Source: Torpedo marmorata (lineage: Eukaryota). From it: a DNA stretch of 64,000 bases. The translations under genes and the position numbers were made by a program. This document shows, in pieces, positions 46,392 through 60,220 of the stretch; the stretch's first letter is position 1, and the number at the start of each line of letters is the position of its first letter. The stretch spans positions 193,316,001 to 193,380,000 of the forward strand of contig OZ360223.1 of NCBI GenBank assembly GCA_977017645.1, read 5' to 3'. The notes under the pieces were generated by a model, which saw nothing but the letters and a program-made list of their open reading frames with translations, ran no database searches and had not been told where the DNA came from.

Positions 46392-49300
46392 GAAGGGGGG
46401 TCACGTGATGCAGCAGAGATAAGAGGACGCGAGCCCCGGGGCTCCTCAGAAAAATCTAATTTAACACCATTAAAAACGTCCAGATATGCCTCCAAACTAG
46501 CTGAATAGCTAGAATATGAGCAAAAAACGAAGAACCAAACAAGGTAATTTACTCACCAATCAAAATCCAGCTTCTACAGCAGAATCCATTTCAGCAACGG
46601 GCCGTCTGTAAAACGGCAAAATGGCGGCCGCAAAAGCCTCGAGGTCTACAGAGGGATCCATCCCTGGAACGGGGCCAGCCCAAGAGGAACTGCTGAAGGA
46701 GGGAGATTTACGTGTCCACCTCCAGGAGATTAAAAGAGGTAATGAAGCTATCTCCAATAAGATGGACTCCAAAACTCCAAATCAGTCCATCTCAGGACTT
46801 AAAACTATGTTAGACCAGCTGAATTCCCGCGTGGCTGCTGCGGAGGAACGCGTTGGGATGGCAGAGGATCGATTAACGGTGATGGACTTCTTCCTTGGTG
46901 TGTTAAGGAGGGAAAATGATTTTCTACTGGGGAAAATAGACCAGCTGGAGAACCACAGCCGATATAATAATATCCGTATTGTTAAATTGAAAGAAGGCTG
47001 TGAAGGAAATGACCACGTAGAATTCTTCACTGGCTGGATCCCAGACATTATGGGACGAGAACACTTTAATGAACCGATAATAATTGAACGGGCCCATCAA
47101 GTTTTTGTGCCCAACCCATCTGTGGGCCAGAGACCGAGACATGTCCTGATACGCCTGTTGAAGTATCAGGACCGGGAAAAAATCTTGCGTGTCGCCACAC
47201 GGCAGTTGAGAGAGGACAAGGGCCCCATTACATACAACAACAGGCTCGTGCTATTTTTCTCGACCTAAGTGCAAGTTTAATGAAGCGCAGGAGGGAGTTC
47301 GATCAAGTCAAGAAAGAATTCCGATCGAAGAACATTCCATTTGCCTTACTTCACCCTGCAACATTGAGGGTCACACTCGCTAATGGAGGGAGGAGATTCT
47401 TCAAAACGCCCGGGGAAGCGACGACATTCTTGCGTGATTGGCCAGGAGGAGAATAAAATGGTGAGCGAGAGCCGATGGAGGAAAACTGGATAGGCAGTCG
47501 TGGTCCTCACGAGCTGCCATGGATATGTGCCTTAAACTGTAGTCACCTTTTCCACTTACAATGGATAGACGAGTTCCAATTTAAACTGATTAGTTTCTAT
47601 AGTAGCTGACTTTTATAGTAATTGTTTCTGAGTTGGGTGTTTTTAAATCTATTGTTGTATTCAAAATTGAATAATCTTGTATAATAGTTCATGTTTTTTA
47701 GATAGGAGTCCTGTGCCGGGCAAAATGTTTAAGAATCAGTTAGAAATGCTGTGTTTAACGAGTGCAGGATGCACATCGTCAGTGCCTTATTCGATTTTTT
47801 ACTATCTTATCACAAGAGACATATTTTTGCTTGTATAGAGATTTTACAGAGGTCATAACACTTCGGTATATATATATATGATTATTATTGATGAACAAGG
47901 TAGTGCAATTTGTCAGCTTTAATGTGAATGGGCTGAATGGACCGGTTAAAAGGAAAAGAGTCCTGGCACACCTGAAAAAAATGCAAACTGATATTACCTT
48001 TATACAAGAAACCCACCTTACTGCACAGGAACATAAGAAACTAAGGAGAGAATGGGTAGGACATGTAATATCGTCATCTTTTAATTCCAAAGCCAGGGGG
48101 GTAGCCATCCTGATAAACAAAAACACGCCAGATAACGATTGGAGAAACTATCATTGACCCGTCAGGCTGATATGTATTAGTTAATTGTCGGCTTTATTCC
48201 GGGACCTAGACACTTTTAAACCTATACGCACCTAATTACGAAGATGAATTCTTTATTCAAGATATCTTCCTTAAGGTTTCAGGGGGATGACAAAATATAC
48301 TTCAGTTTCTGTTTGGATCCTGTCCTGGATAAGTCAATGCAGACAGTATCCAAAATAAAAGCAGCCAAGACTACTTTGGCTTTCATGAAAGATTTAAATT
48401 TGACAGATATATGGAGGCAAACACACCCTCGAACCAGGGACTACTCCTTTTATTCTTCCCCCCATGATTCCCACACTAGGATTAAACTCTTTTTATTATC
48501 AACACAGTTAATTCATAGAACATTAGAGACTGAATACTTATCTAGAACCCTGTCGGATCATTCGCCTTTGACCCTCTCTATTTTGATGCCAGAAAAACCA
48601 ACTAACTCATACAGATGGCGTCTGAATTCTACCCTACTTCAAAAACCAGGATTTTGCAAATTTATTAGAGACCAGATAAAGCTATTTTGTGAGATAAACT
48701 GTCCCTCTGCTTCCAATAGTTTTATTTTATGGGACACGTTAAAAGCCTACCATAGGGGACAGATAACCTCATATACAAAAGGTATTAAGAAGAAATACAT
48801 GGCAGACATAGAAGGACTGGAAACAGAAATTCTGAAATTGGAAAAGGAGTTCCAACAGTCTGGCTCCAAGGAAGTATATAAAGTGCTTGTAAACAAAAAA
48901 CTCAAGTATAATACACTACACACTTACAAAATTGAAAAAACCATTCTAAGAACTACACAAGGATATTATGAACTGGGAGAGAAAGCACATAAAGTCTAAT
49001 ACTGGCAATTAAAAGCAGAGGAAAGTTCGAGAACAATTAATTCAATTCAAACTGAAGTGAGCTCAGTCTCTCTGATGTCCATATCTGTACTAGGTGTGTA
49101 GAGCTGCAGATTCTTAGGGACCGTGTTAGGGAACTGGAGCTGCAGATCGATGACTTCAGACTGGTTAGGGATATTGAGGAAGTCATAGACAGGAGTTACA
49201 ACCAGGTGGTCACGCCAGGGCCACGGGAGGAGGAAAGGTGGGTAACAGTTAGGAGAGGGACAGAAAAGCGTAAGGTGCCAGAGAGGAGACGTATGACTGT

Positions 49301-51072
49301 AACCCTCAACAATAAGTACGCCTCTTTGAGTACTGTTGGGGAGGACAGCATAGTTGGGGGGAGCAGCAGTGGCTGTGCCTCTGGCACGGGGTCAGCCCCT
49401 GTGGCTCAGAAGGGTAGGGAAAGGAAGAGGAGGGCAATAGTCGTAGGGGACTCCATAGTTAAGAGGACAGATAGGGGATTCTGTGGACGTAGCAAGGAGA
49501 ACTGGATGGTGGTTTGCCTCCCTGGTGCCAGGGTCTGGGATGTTGCTGCTCGTGTCCCGGATATCCTAAAGGGGGAGGGACAGGAGCCAGAGGTCGTGGT
49601 ACATGTAGGTACCAATGACATAGGGAGGAATAGAGAAGAGGTCCTAAAAAGTGAGTACAGGCAGTTAGGTAGGGAGTTAAAAAGAAGGAACGCAAAGGGG
49701 GTAATCTCCGGATTACTCCCTGTGCCACGTGACAGTGAGAGTAGGAATAGAATGAGGTGGAGGATTAACACGTGGCTGAAGGGGTGGAGTAAGGGGCAGG
49801 GTTTCAAGTTTCTGGATCACTGGGACCTTTTTTGGGGGAGATGTGACCTGTACAGTAAGGACGAGTTACACTTGAATCCCAGGGGGACCAGGATCCTGGC
49901 AGGGGTATTTGCTAGGGCTACTCAGGAGCCTTTAAACTAGAATGGTTGGGGGGAGGGAGCAAAATAGTACAGAGCAGTAAGGAGAAAGTTAGAATGCAAA
50001 CAGAGAAAGTTTGTAGTCAGTGTTTGAATATGGATGGGCAGGTGATAGAGAAGGGAAATGCTCTGGATGAAGATGAAGGGCAATTGGCAGAAAAAGTAAA
50101 TAATAATGTTGTTACTAAAGATGAGGGCAAACAGAGATTAAGAAGTGGGTATATAAATTTATTTCTAAATGTATTTTTTATTGATGAGTGAGAGCCCAAA
50201 GCCAGGTTTGCATAAATCTAGAGTGAGATGGGAGTCAGATTTAGACATAACAATTGATGAACAACTATGGTCAGATCTATGTCAGGGAAGTTTATTGGCT
50301 ACTATCAATGCCAGGTATAGATTGGTCCACTATAATTTTCTCCATCAGCTGTTCCTCACCCCACAGAAATTACACCAATATAAACCTGAGTTATCAGAGA
50401 TGTGCTTTCGGTGTGGGAGAGAGGTTGGTTCCTTCTTACACTCTACCTGGCTATGCACGAAGGTGAGACCCTTCTGGTATGACCTGTGTGACATACTAAC
50501 TATGATCACAGGAGTCACCTTCCCAGTAGACCCAGAGCTTTGTCTTCTGGGGAATTATACAAATGTTAGTAGATCACGAACTAAATTCCAAATTAAATTC
50601 ACAGAAATTGCCTTATGTGTGGCCAGGAAATGTATAGCAGTAACATCTGAATCCCATCTCCTCATTGATGGGTGGTCTTCAGAAATGAACAGCTGCATTC
50701 CACTTGAAAAGGTCACACACAGTCTTAGGAGGGGATATAACACCTTCCTAAAAATCTGGCAGCCCTATTTAGAATATATAGGTACCTCACTGGCACCACG
50801 ATAGGGTTATGACTGCTACTGACTAGCCAGCAGACCTCTGTAAATATTTTAACATTGTGATACCATCATGTCTCTATGTGTTTTACTGTACGCACTGACG
50901 ATGGGATTTTTCTGTTTCTTTTCCTTTGTTGGTTTTTTTTTCTTCTCCCTGTTTAATTGGACTTATACAGAGGGGAGGGGGGTGGAGGGATGGGTTTTCT
51001 TGACGTTTTGTATTTTGTATGGTTGTTGATTGTTAAATATACTTAAAATGATAAATAAAATATTACAAAAAA
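46392..51072 (+). mobile_element. L1-clade LINE with 5' end, ORF1, ORF2 endonuclease and C-terminus; RT region missing and occupied by a CR1 ORF1 fragment
   Basis: TSD aataaactgttta (46379-46391 and 51073-51085); 5' GGGGGTCACGTG; ORF1 LENHSRYNNIRIV..IERAH..PRHVLIRLLKYQDREKIL; ORF2 SFNVNGLN..QETH..SDHSP; CFRC..HSTWLC; poly(A). Confidence 0.92.
49056..50145 (+). mobile_element. CR1 ORF1 fragment (Zn finger/leucine zipper plus SGNH esterase-like domain)
   Basis: ICTRCVELQILRDRVRELE; AIVVGDSIV..VCLPGARV..VVVHVGTNDIG..DELHLNPRG. Confidence 0.9.
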
Positions 51073-51191
51073 AATAAACTGTTTAAAAGACAAAATTCAA
51101 AAATACTATACTGTTCTTACACTGAACAAAATTCACTTGCATGAATATATAAACCTTAAAGCATTTTACTTTATTTTCAGTCACATTCTTT

Positions 51192-54100
51192 TTTTTAAAA
51201 TATTTTATTTAAAATTTTAAATCACAAAATACATAAAATAAAATATGAAATTATCAAAATATTTGTGATACATTTCCACTCCCACTCCCACCCTCCCCTC
51301 CCCAACCCTCCCAACCCCACTAATCTAATAAAAATAAAAATATATAAAATAAAAATAGAGAAAGAAAAAAAAAAGAAATAAAAAGATAGAGTAAGGAGAA
51401 TGCCAATCTAAAAAACATACATCTATAAACTAATTCTATTGTGGAAGTCAGGTATGCCAGTAGATCCGATACCCAGAGATCTTCAAATCCTTAAACCATA
51501 TCATATTAAACCTTAAATCATATATGGGCTCCAAATTTTTAAGAAAAAATGATATTTATTACGTAAATTATAGGTAATTTTTTCAAGTGGTATACACGAA
51601 CGAAGTTCTGCATGCCATCTTTCTAATCCTAAATCTAAATCAGATTTCCAAGTAATAGCAATACATTTCTTTGAAACAGCTAAGGCAATTCGCAAAAATT
51701 CTATTTGATACATGTTTAATTTCATCTTAATACTAAATTTTCTAATATCTCCAAACAAAAATATCATAGGATCCATTGGAAATGTAATCTTAAATACTTT
51801 ATCTAAATTTTTTTTAACTTTCAACCAAAAATCATAAACTTTTGGACAAAACCATGTAGAATGTACAAAAGAACCTTCTTCTTTATTACATCTAAAACAT
51901 AAACCTGATAATGTCGGATTAAATTTCTTTAGTTTTTTAGGTGTTAAATATAATTGATGAAAAAAATTATATTGTACTAATCTATATCTAACATTAATAA
52001 TCTTCGTCATACTTAATTTACATAATTCTTTCCAGTGATTTTCATCTATTGTTACATTCAAATCTAATTCCCATTTTAATCTTGATTTATGAATTCCTAC
52101 TTTAGAAGTTTTCCTCTGAAACAATTTATACATTTGAGAAATAAATTTATTTACATCTCCTTTAGTAACTAATAATTCTAATTCATTCTGTCTTAGTAAA
52201 ATCAAACTATAACCTAATTTCTCAATCAAAAATGCTCTAATTTGATAATAAGCAAAACGTGTATTATCTAGTATATTAAATTTATCCTTCATTCTTTGAA
52301 AAGTAATGAATTTCCCAGCTTCAAAACAGTCATTAATTTTCTTAATTCCTTTTTGAAACCAAATTTTAAATAATTGATTATTAATAGTAAATGGAATAAG
52401 TCCATTTTGATATAAAGGCATCCTTGGAGAAATCATTCTTCTTCCTCCTATTTCCTTATCCGTCTTATTCCATATTTCTAACAAATGTTTAAAGATAGGA
52501 GAATTTTTCCTTCTTGTTGATATTAATTTAGAATCCCATTTATAAATAACTTCTTCTTTGTAATCTTCTTCTATATTATTTAATTCTATTTTAATCCAAG
52601 CAGAAGATTTAGTTGGATCAAAAAGTTCATTAACAAATTTTAATTGAGCTGCTTTATAATAATTTTGGTAATTAGGAAGTTGTAAACCACCCATTTCAAA
52701 ATTCCAAGTTAATTTTTCTATACCTACTCTTGCTAACTTTCCTTTCCATAAAAATTTTCTAATAATTGAATTTAAGTCTCTAAAAATTTTTTGAGGAACT
52801 TCATAAGGAATTGATTGGAAAAGATATTGAATTCTTGGAAAAATATTCATTTTAATACAATTTACCCTTCCCATTAAAGTTATAGGTAAATCTTTCCAAT
52901 TTTCTAAATCCTTTTTTATTTTCACAAATAATGGTAAATAATTTAATTTATATAAATTATCCAATTTTGTATCAATCTTTATTCCCATATATTTAATTCC
53001 TTCTTTTGCCCATTTAAATTGTGTAATTTCTTTACACTTATTATAATCCCCTTGTGATAATGCCATAATTTCACTTTTATCAGAGTTAATTTTATATCCC
53101 GATATTTCCCCATATTCTCTCAATAACGCAAACAGTTGTACTAAAGATGTAGTAGATTTTGTCATATATATCAATACATCATCTGCAAATAAACTAATTT
53201 TATGTTCTTCCGTTCCAACTTTAATACCAACTATTTTAGGATCTTTTCTAACTAATTCTGCCAAAGGTTCTATCGCCAAAATAAATAACGCTGGTGACAA
53301 AGGACATCCTTGTCTAATAGATCTAGTCAGGGGAAATCTTGAAGAAATTTGTCCATTTGTAATTACTTTAGTGGATGGTTCTTTATATATAGTTTTAATC
53401 CAATTAATAAATATGGTTCCAAAACCAAATTTCTCCAATACCTTAAATAAAAAATTCCACTCTAATCTATCAAAAGCCTTTTCGGCATCTAACGTTAAAA
53501 CTAATGGTAAATCTTCCTTCTTTTTATGTAGATTAATTAAACTAATTAATTAAACTAATTAATCTAGCTATATTGTCTTTTGAATATCTATTTTTAATAA
53601 AACCAGCTTGATCTACATGAATTAAATCTGGTAAATAGTTAGCCATTTATTTGCTAGAATTTTTGCAATTATCTTATAATCTACATTTAACAATGAAATA
53701 GGTCTATATGATTCAGTTTTCAATACATCTCTATCTTTTTTTGGTATGACTGTAATTATTGCATTTAAGAAAGTATCTGGTAATGAGTAGGTTTCCGTAA
53801 TTTGATTCAATACATCCATATATGGAGGTATTAATAAATCTTTAAACTCTTTGTAAAATTCTGATGGAAATCCGTCTTCACCTGGAGATTTAACACTCTT
53901 TAAAGAAGTAAGAACTTCATTAACTTCCCTCATTGAGAAAGGTAAATCTAAAGATTCTCTACTTTGGGTATTTAATTTAGGTAGTGTAATTTTAGATAAA
54001 AATCTAATAATTTTAGATTCATCTTGATCAATCTGAGATTTATATAAATTCAAATAATAATCTTTAAAAGAATCATTTATTTCTCGAGGTTTATAAGTTA

Positions 54101-55335
54101 TTTCCCTAGAATTCTTTTTCCTTATGGCATTTATTGTTCTAGAAGTTTGATCTTTTTTTAATTGCCATGCCAAAACTTTATGAGCTCTTTCCCCTAACTC
54201 ATAATATCTTTGTTTAGTTCTTTCAATTAATTTTTCCATTTTATATGTTTGTAATAGATTATAATGTAATTTCTTCCCAATTAAATTATTCCTTTTTTGA
54301 ATTGATCTATTTTTTTGTAAATCTTTTTCTAAGCACTCAATCTCCTTCTCTAAATTTTCTACTTCCCTAAGATAATCTTTCTTAATTTTTGCTGAATAAC
54401 TTATTATTTGACCTCTTGAATAAGCTTTTAAAGCTTCCCAAATAATAAATTTATTGTCAGTAGAATTAGAATTTATTTGTAAAAATTCCTGAATTTCCCT
54501 TCTCATATAATCACAAAAATCTTTTCTTTTTAATAAAGAAGAATTAAATCTCCAGCTGTATACAGTTTTTTCTTTTTCCGGAATTATACAAGATATTAAT
54601 AAAGGTGAATGATCAGAAATTATTCTCGCTTTATAAGATGCTTGCATTATTCTATTTTGAACCTGTAAAGACAATAAAAATAAATCTATCCTAGAATATG
54701 AATCATGTCTAAAAGAATAAAAAGAATAATCTTTTTCTCTAGGATTCAATTTCCTCCAAATATCTATTAAATTTAAATCTTTCATCAAAGTAAGAACTCT
54801 TTTAGCAATTTTAGTTTTAGCAAGTGATCTTGAAGTTTTATCCATTATTGGATCTAAACAACAGTTGAAATCTCCACCAATTAGAATATTCTCATTAGCT
54901 TCTGACAAATGTAAAAAAGAATCTTGAATAAACTGTTCATCATCTGCATTTGGTACATACAAGTTCATAAGTGTCCAGAGTTCTGAGTAAATCTGACAAT
55001 GTACCAAAACATATCTACCTGCCACATCTATAACTACCGATTGTATCTTAAAAGGTAACTTTTTATTAATTAATATAGCTACCCCTCTTGCTTTAGAATT
55101 AAATGAAGAAGCCAACACTTGACCAACCCACTCTTTTTAGTTTCTGATGTTCCGAATCTATCAAATGCGTCTCTTGTAAAAAAGCTATATCTACATTCAA
55201 CTTTTTAATATACGCTAAAGTTCTCTTTCTTTTAATCGGATTATTAAGCCCGTTTATATTAATACTTACTACATTTATTTTCTTACTATCCATCATAACT
55301 AAATTTTATCAAATTTCTTTCGATCAAATCTACCA
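51192..55335 (-). mobile_element. AT-rich L1-clade LINE, truncated just upstream of a complete but frameshifted ORF2
   Basis: TSD agtcacattcttt (51179-51191 and 55336-55348). ORF2 51513-55296 has SININGLN, QETHL, GGDFN, SDHSP, KSPGEDGF, YRPISLLN, RQGCPLSP, LFADD and CFRC; poly(A). Confidence 0.95.
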
Positions 55336-55549
55336 AGTCACATTCTTTAAAAACATTTAACCGTCGCTGCATTTGCAGGTTCCTCCCCCTCCATGGAGCC
55401 GCCCGAAAGACAAACAATAACATTATGGATAATTAACCCTCCCCTCCTCCAAATTTACAGATAAAGCCTCTGATCGGGGCGACTCTTACTAAGCCGGGAT
55501 AAGGAAACACTTTAAGAGAGTCACTCCAACGGCAAACGGCATCAACCAG

Positions 55550-56133
55550 AATTGAAATTATCTATATGGCAATTAAAGTTCGTAAAAATTGCATTAGCAG
55601 TAGCTAGGAAATGTATAGCAGTAACTTGGAAATCGGATACAAATTTAAGTATGGATAGATGGAATTCAAAGATGCAGAGTTGTATCCCATTGGAAAAAAT
55701 AACGTACAATATGAGGAATAAATATGGATTCTTTTTGCAAATTTGGCGTCCATTTATCCAATTATTAGGAATGAATATTTAAATATGTTGCCCTACATCC
55801 CAGACCCTGCTGACTCTCTTAAGTTTAAATTTGAAGAATGAACATTGTTGAATTTCTTGCACCGAGCCATGGATCTGTACAGATATATTTTCACTTTTTC
55901 TTTTCCTTTCTCTTTTTTTTTTAGTTCGAGTATGGGGAGGGGATAAGGGATGGGAAGGGTGGAGGGTGGGTTGTTTTAGTAAGGGTGGATTTAGATGGGG
56001 TTAGATTCATGGTAATACGAAATTCCTATGTATCGAACTTAACCAATGTTTACTATGTATTTTATGTTATTTTGTATTATTGTGAAAAAATTTGAAAAAT
56101 TTAAAATAAAATATTTTAAAAAAACCCAAAAAA
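55550..56133 (+). mobile_element. L1 3' fragment (same family as 17305-18068)
   Basis: QLKFVKIALAVARKCIAVTWKSDTNLSMDRW; TSD aaccag (55544-55549 and 56134-56139); poly(A). Confidence 0.9.
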
Positions 56134-57412
56134 AACCAGCTCTTCATCCTGGGCAACGCCATTGCTGTTTCACACAACTTTATTCAAACAGCTGCTACGA
56201 GCAAAGCACGACCAAGGCACTCCACTGGCTGAATATTTGCTCCCATCTTCACCAAAGGTTTATGTGTTACTTCAGAGAACATTTACTTTTACAATTTTAA
56301 ACTTTTATTTACATTTCTATTTATTTATTTCCCCCCTCGATTTTTTTGCCGGTTGCTTGCATTCCGGACACCAGGGATTTTACTGTATTTGCTACTCAAA
56401 TGCGGTTCATTCTATCTATTAATATCTATGTTTTCACAGTGAAAGCATCTCCTTTTTTTAAAATGTTTATACTGTAGCTATTTCCTCATGCTTCAATCTC
56501 CTTCTCTTCTGGATCTATTAAATGCCCCTTTAGTCTCTCAGTATTTTGTTCCAAAGTGGGTTGCAATACAAAATAATAACTAGTCGTGTCTTCTCCACAG
56601 ATGTTGACTTGATTGCATGCTCACTGTCTTTACTGTTCCAATTCCACCAAAATAAACTCACCTTTTCCACCTACAGTACCCAACAAGACTACACAATTTA
56701 CAAAAACATTGAAAGAGCCCAGAGTATTTAGCATTCATAAAAAATTTTAATGTATGAATAAACTCAGACAATTGGGACTATAAACACAACAGTTCAAAGT
56801 GTCACCAAAGTCGACAAGATCTGCAACAACTATCAATAGCTTATGATCAGATTTGAGGTTCTTGCTTTCACAACTTGCAAAATTCATTAAAACTAATCAA
56901 ATTTACAGTGCACATCTAACTATTTCATACGTTTATTAATGGAATTTGAATGAAGCTTGCATATTCCACTTTCATAGAAATACCGTTTTCTGTTTTAGGT
57001 TCAAAGTTGACATCTTTAGCCTTGCAACAGAAGGCATTAAGGGCAGGAATGTACCATAAGACATAGGAGCAGAAATAGGTCATTCAGCCCATCGAGTCTG
57101 CCCTGTTCTTTACATCTACACAGGAATGATGTTCAAAACCAAATGACAGGATGGGGCAATTTCAATAAAACTAACAAATATTAATCAATAATACATTGAT
57201 TAGCCTTGATACCCTCATGCTTTCTTGAAACAACAGAAGCATCTTAATTTGATGATAAGGATTGAGTTATGATTTTATGAGTTGGTTGCAAACAAGTCTG
57301 AATCATTGCTCAGACCACTGCCCACGTATCACCTGAAATTGAATGACCATTGCTGGTTAAACAGCTTCACACAAAACTGTAACAACACCATTTACATCAT
57401 TCAAAAAATTAC

Positions 57413-57563
57413 CTTTTGTGCAGTGTCAGAAGGAGGCATCATCTCTGCAGTAAGAACCTGAGGTGGATCAATACCTTTTATTAGCTTCTGGTTTATTAAG
57501 TGTAAAGCCAAGGCAAATTGTTCCTTTGAAAGCTTTCCACAATCATTTGTGTCACAGAGTGCC
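57413..57563 (-). CDS. EPS15: EPS15 coding exon (151 bp, phase 2-0; second half of EH3 domain; human exon ~11)
   Basis: Flanked by cttttacag| and |gtaatt. Translates (W)[50 protein letters not shown], an EF-hand of an EH domain; closer to EPS15 than to EPS15L1. Confidence 0.96.
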
Positions 57564-57839
57564 CTGTAAAAGTAGAAAATTAAGAGATAGCATACACTGT
57601 AGCACTGAGAAGGTAAAATTGCATCTGTTTATCCTAAATTCCCACAAAGACCAAATTGACAACTTGCCCTACTGTTTACCAGTTTTAAAGTAAATTCAGC
57701 AAAAAAAATAAGTATTTCTTTGGCAGTCTTTTCCAAAAAATCTCTCTTTAAGCACCACAAAGATTTCATCTTAGCAAATAATCTTGGATCTGTGCAAATC
57801 TACCAGAATTGTAAAGATATATCCAGAAATAAAATTATT

Positions 57840-59612
57840 ATTTTTTTTTTAATTATTATTTTATTTAAATTTTTAAATCACACAATACATAAATCAAAAT
57901 ATATAGTTTCCAAAATACAAGTGATATAAATTTCCTCCCCCGGCACCCTCCCACCCTTCCCTAACCCCCCCAACCCCACTATTCTAAAAATAGTTAAAAA
58001 AAAAAGAAAAAAAAAGATTAATAGTGAGGAGAGAACCATCTAAAAACTAATTTTATTCTGGAGGTTAAACTCGCCAATAGACCTGATTTCTAGAGATTTC
58101 AAATCCTTAAACCCATAACTCTCATATATGGGCTCCAAATTTTTAAAAAAGAATGATATTTATTGCGTAAATTATAAGTAATCTTTTCCAAAGGAATACA
58201 TGAATGAAGTTCTGCATGCCACCTATCTAAACTTAAATCTAAATCTGATTTCCAAGTAATAGCAATACATTTTTTTGAGACAACTAAAACAATTCGCAAA
58301 AATTCTACCTGATACATATTCAATCTATTCCTAATACTAAATTTTCTAATATCTCCAAATAAAAATAACATAGGTTCCATTGGAAACATAACGTTAAAAA
58401 CTCTATCTAAAAAATTCTTAACTTTCAACCAAAAATCTTGAATCTTTGGACATAATCATGTAGAATGAACAAAAGAACCTACTTCATTCTTACATCTAAA
58501 ACACAAGTCCGACAATGTCGGATTAAATTTCTTTAATTTTTTTGGTGTTAAATATAGTTGATGAAAAAAATTATATTGTACTAATCTATATCTAACATTA
58601 ATAACTTTAGTCATACTTAATTTACATAAATCTTTCCAATGATTTTCAGCTATATTAACATTTAAATCTAATTCCCATTTTAGTCTTGATTTATGTAATC
58701 CTACTTTAGGCATTTTTCTCTGAAATAATTTATACATTTGAGAAATAAACTTATTAACATTTGCTTTAGTTATTAATAATTCTAACTCATTATGTCTTGG
58801 AGCAATCAAATCTTCTCCTAATTTCTCAATCAAAAAAGCTTTAACTTGATAATAAGCTAACCATGTATTGTCTAATACATTAAATTTTTCCTTCAATCTT
58901 TGAAACGTAACAAATCTTCCAGCCTCAAAACAATCTTTAAAATTCTTAATTCCTTTTTAAAACCATGCTTTCAATAACTGATTATTCATAGTAAATAATA
59001 AAAGTGGAGTTTGATATAATGGCATATTTAAAGAAATTAATCATTTCCCACCTATTTCTTTATCTACCTGTGTCCAAATTTCCAACAAATGTTTAATAAT
59101 CGGTGAATTTTTCTTTTTTACTAATAATAATTTAGAATTCCACTTATAGATAATATCCTCTTTATAATTTTCTCCTATATTATTTAATTCTATATTAACC
59201 CAAGCAGAATTTTTAGTTAAATCAAAAAATTCATTAACAAATTTTAATTGAGCTGCTTTATAATAATATTGAAAATTAGGAAGTTGCAATCCTCCCATCT
59301 CATAATTCCATGTTAACTTATCCATACTCACTCTTGCTAACTTCTCTTTCCATAAAAATTTCCTAATAATAAACTTTAAATCTTTTTTAAAAAAATTTGG
59401 AATTCCAAAAGGAATTGATTGAAAAAGATATTGAATTCTTGGAAAAATATTCATCTTAATACAATTTACTCTCCCCATTAAAGTTATAGGCAAATCTTTC
59501 CAATTTTCCAAATCTTTCTTTATTTTCGTAAATAAGGGTACATAATTTAATTTATATAAATTTTCTAATTTTGTATCCACTTTAATTCCCAAATATTTAA
59601 TTCCTTCTTTTG
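57840..59612 (-). mobile_element. AT-rich L1, 5'-truncated (same family as 51192-55335)
   Basis: 17-bp TSD ccagaaataaaattatt (57823-57839 and 59613-59629); ORF2 C-terminal fragments. Confidence 0.94.
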
Positions 59613-60220
59613 CCAGAAATAAAATTATTGATTCTATTCTATTAAATTAGGTTATGTTTTGAGAAAGAAAGACAAAAAAATGATTCGATGATTTCACATG
59701 ATTTCCACAATAGCATTGAGTACTTTTAAATAAGTCTTTACAACTTCAGTATCTTGCTAATCTAAAGTAGCTAAAGTAATCTGCAGCCACAGCATCACAA
59801 GAAGGAGAGTACTTCAAGGTAATTCATTTTCAAATATCACCTCCTATTCCTCTCTTCATTAAGTGAAATATTTAACACCTCCAAAGGTCAATTAAAAAGG
59901 ATTTGGCTATTGATCTTGCTAGCTTGCAAGAACTTTCGCATCTTTCTGGGAAGCACATCTCCATTCTAACCCCACATTGTTTAGCTCATTTCTTTTGGTT
60001 AGGAAGATGTTAGATATGTACCAATCCATCATCACAGTTAAGTCTCTCAACCAGAGTTTGGTCTACTGTTAGCTGCCCAGTGCTAATCAATTATATAACT
60101 GGCTTTCGGGGCTTATTAAGTATGCCATCCATCATTTATGGGCCCAATCTTTATGTCCTCTCAATAGCCTTGGCATGCGTTAATCACTACCATACAGAGG
60201 GGCAGAGTTCAAATACTGCC

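Larger units (their letters stand above)
46256..56385. mobile_element. Non-autonomous Tigger/pogo-like DNA transposon (about 0.7 kb of own sequence) fragmented by three L1 insertions
   Basis: TIRs cagtaaaa(c/t)ccctggt(a/g)tcc with TA TSD at 46254-46255 and 56386-56387. Pieces 46256-46391, 51073-51191, 55336-55549 and 56134-56385 rejoin at the L1 TSDs. Confidence 0.85.

Noticed and set aside
53532-53563. Small tandem duplication attaattaaacta in L1 ORF2
   Set aside because: Ordinary slippage mutation that frameshifts a dead L1.
451-57563. Assignment to the paralogue EPS15L1
   Set aside because: The diagnostic residues VADFSAIKELD, IKQRTSEVQDLQDEV and CGKLSK, plus the Eps15b N-terminus, favour EPS15.
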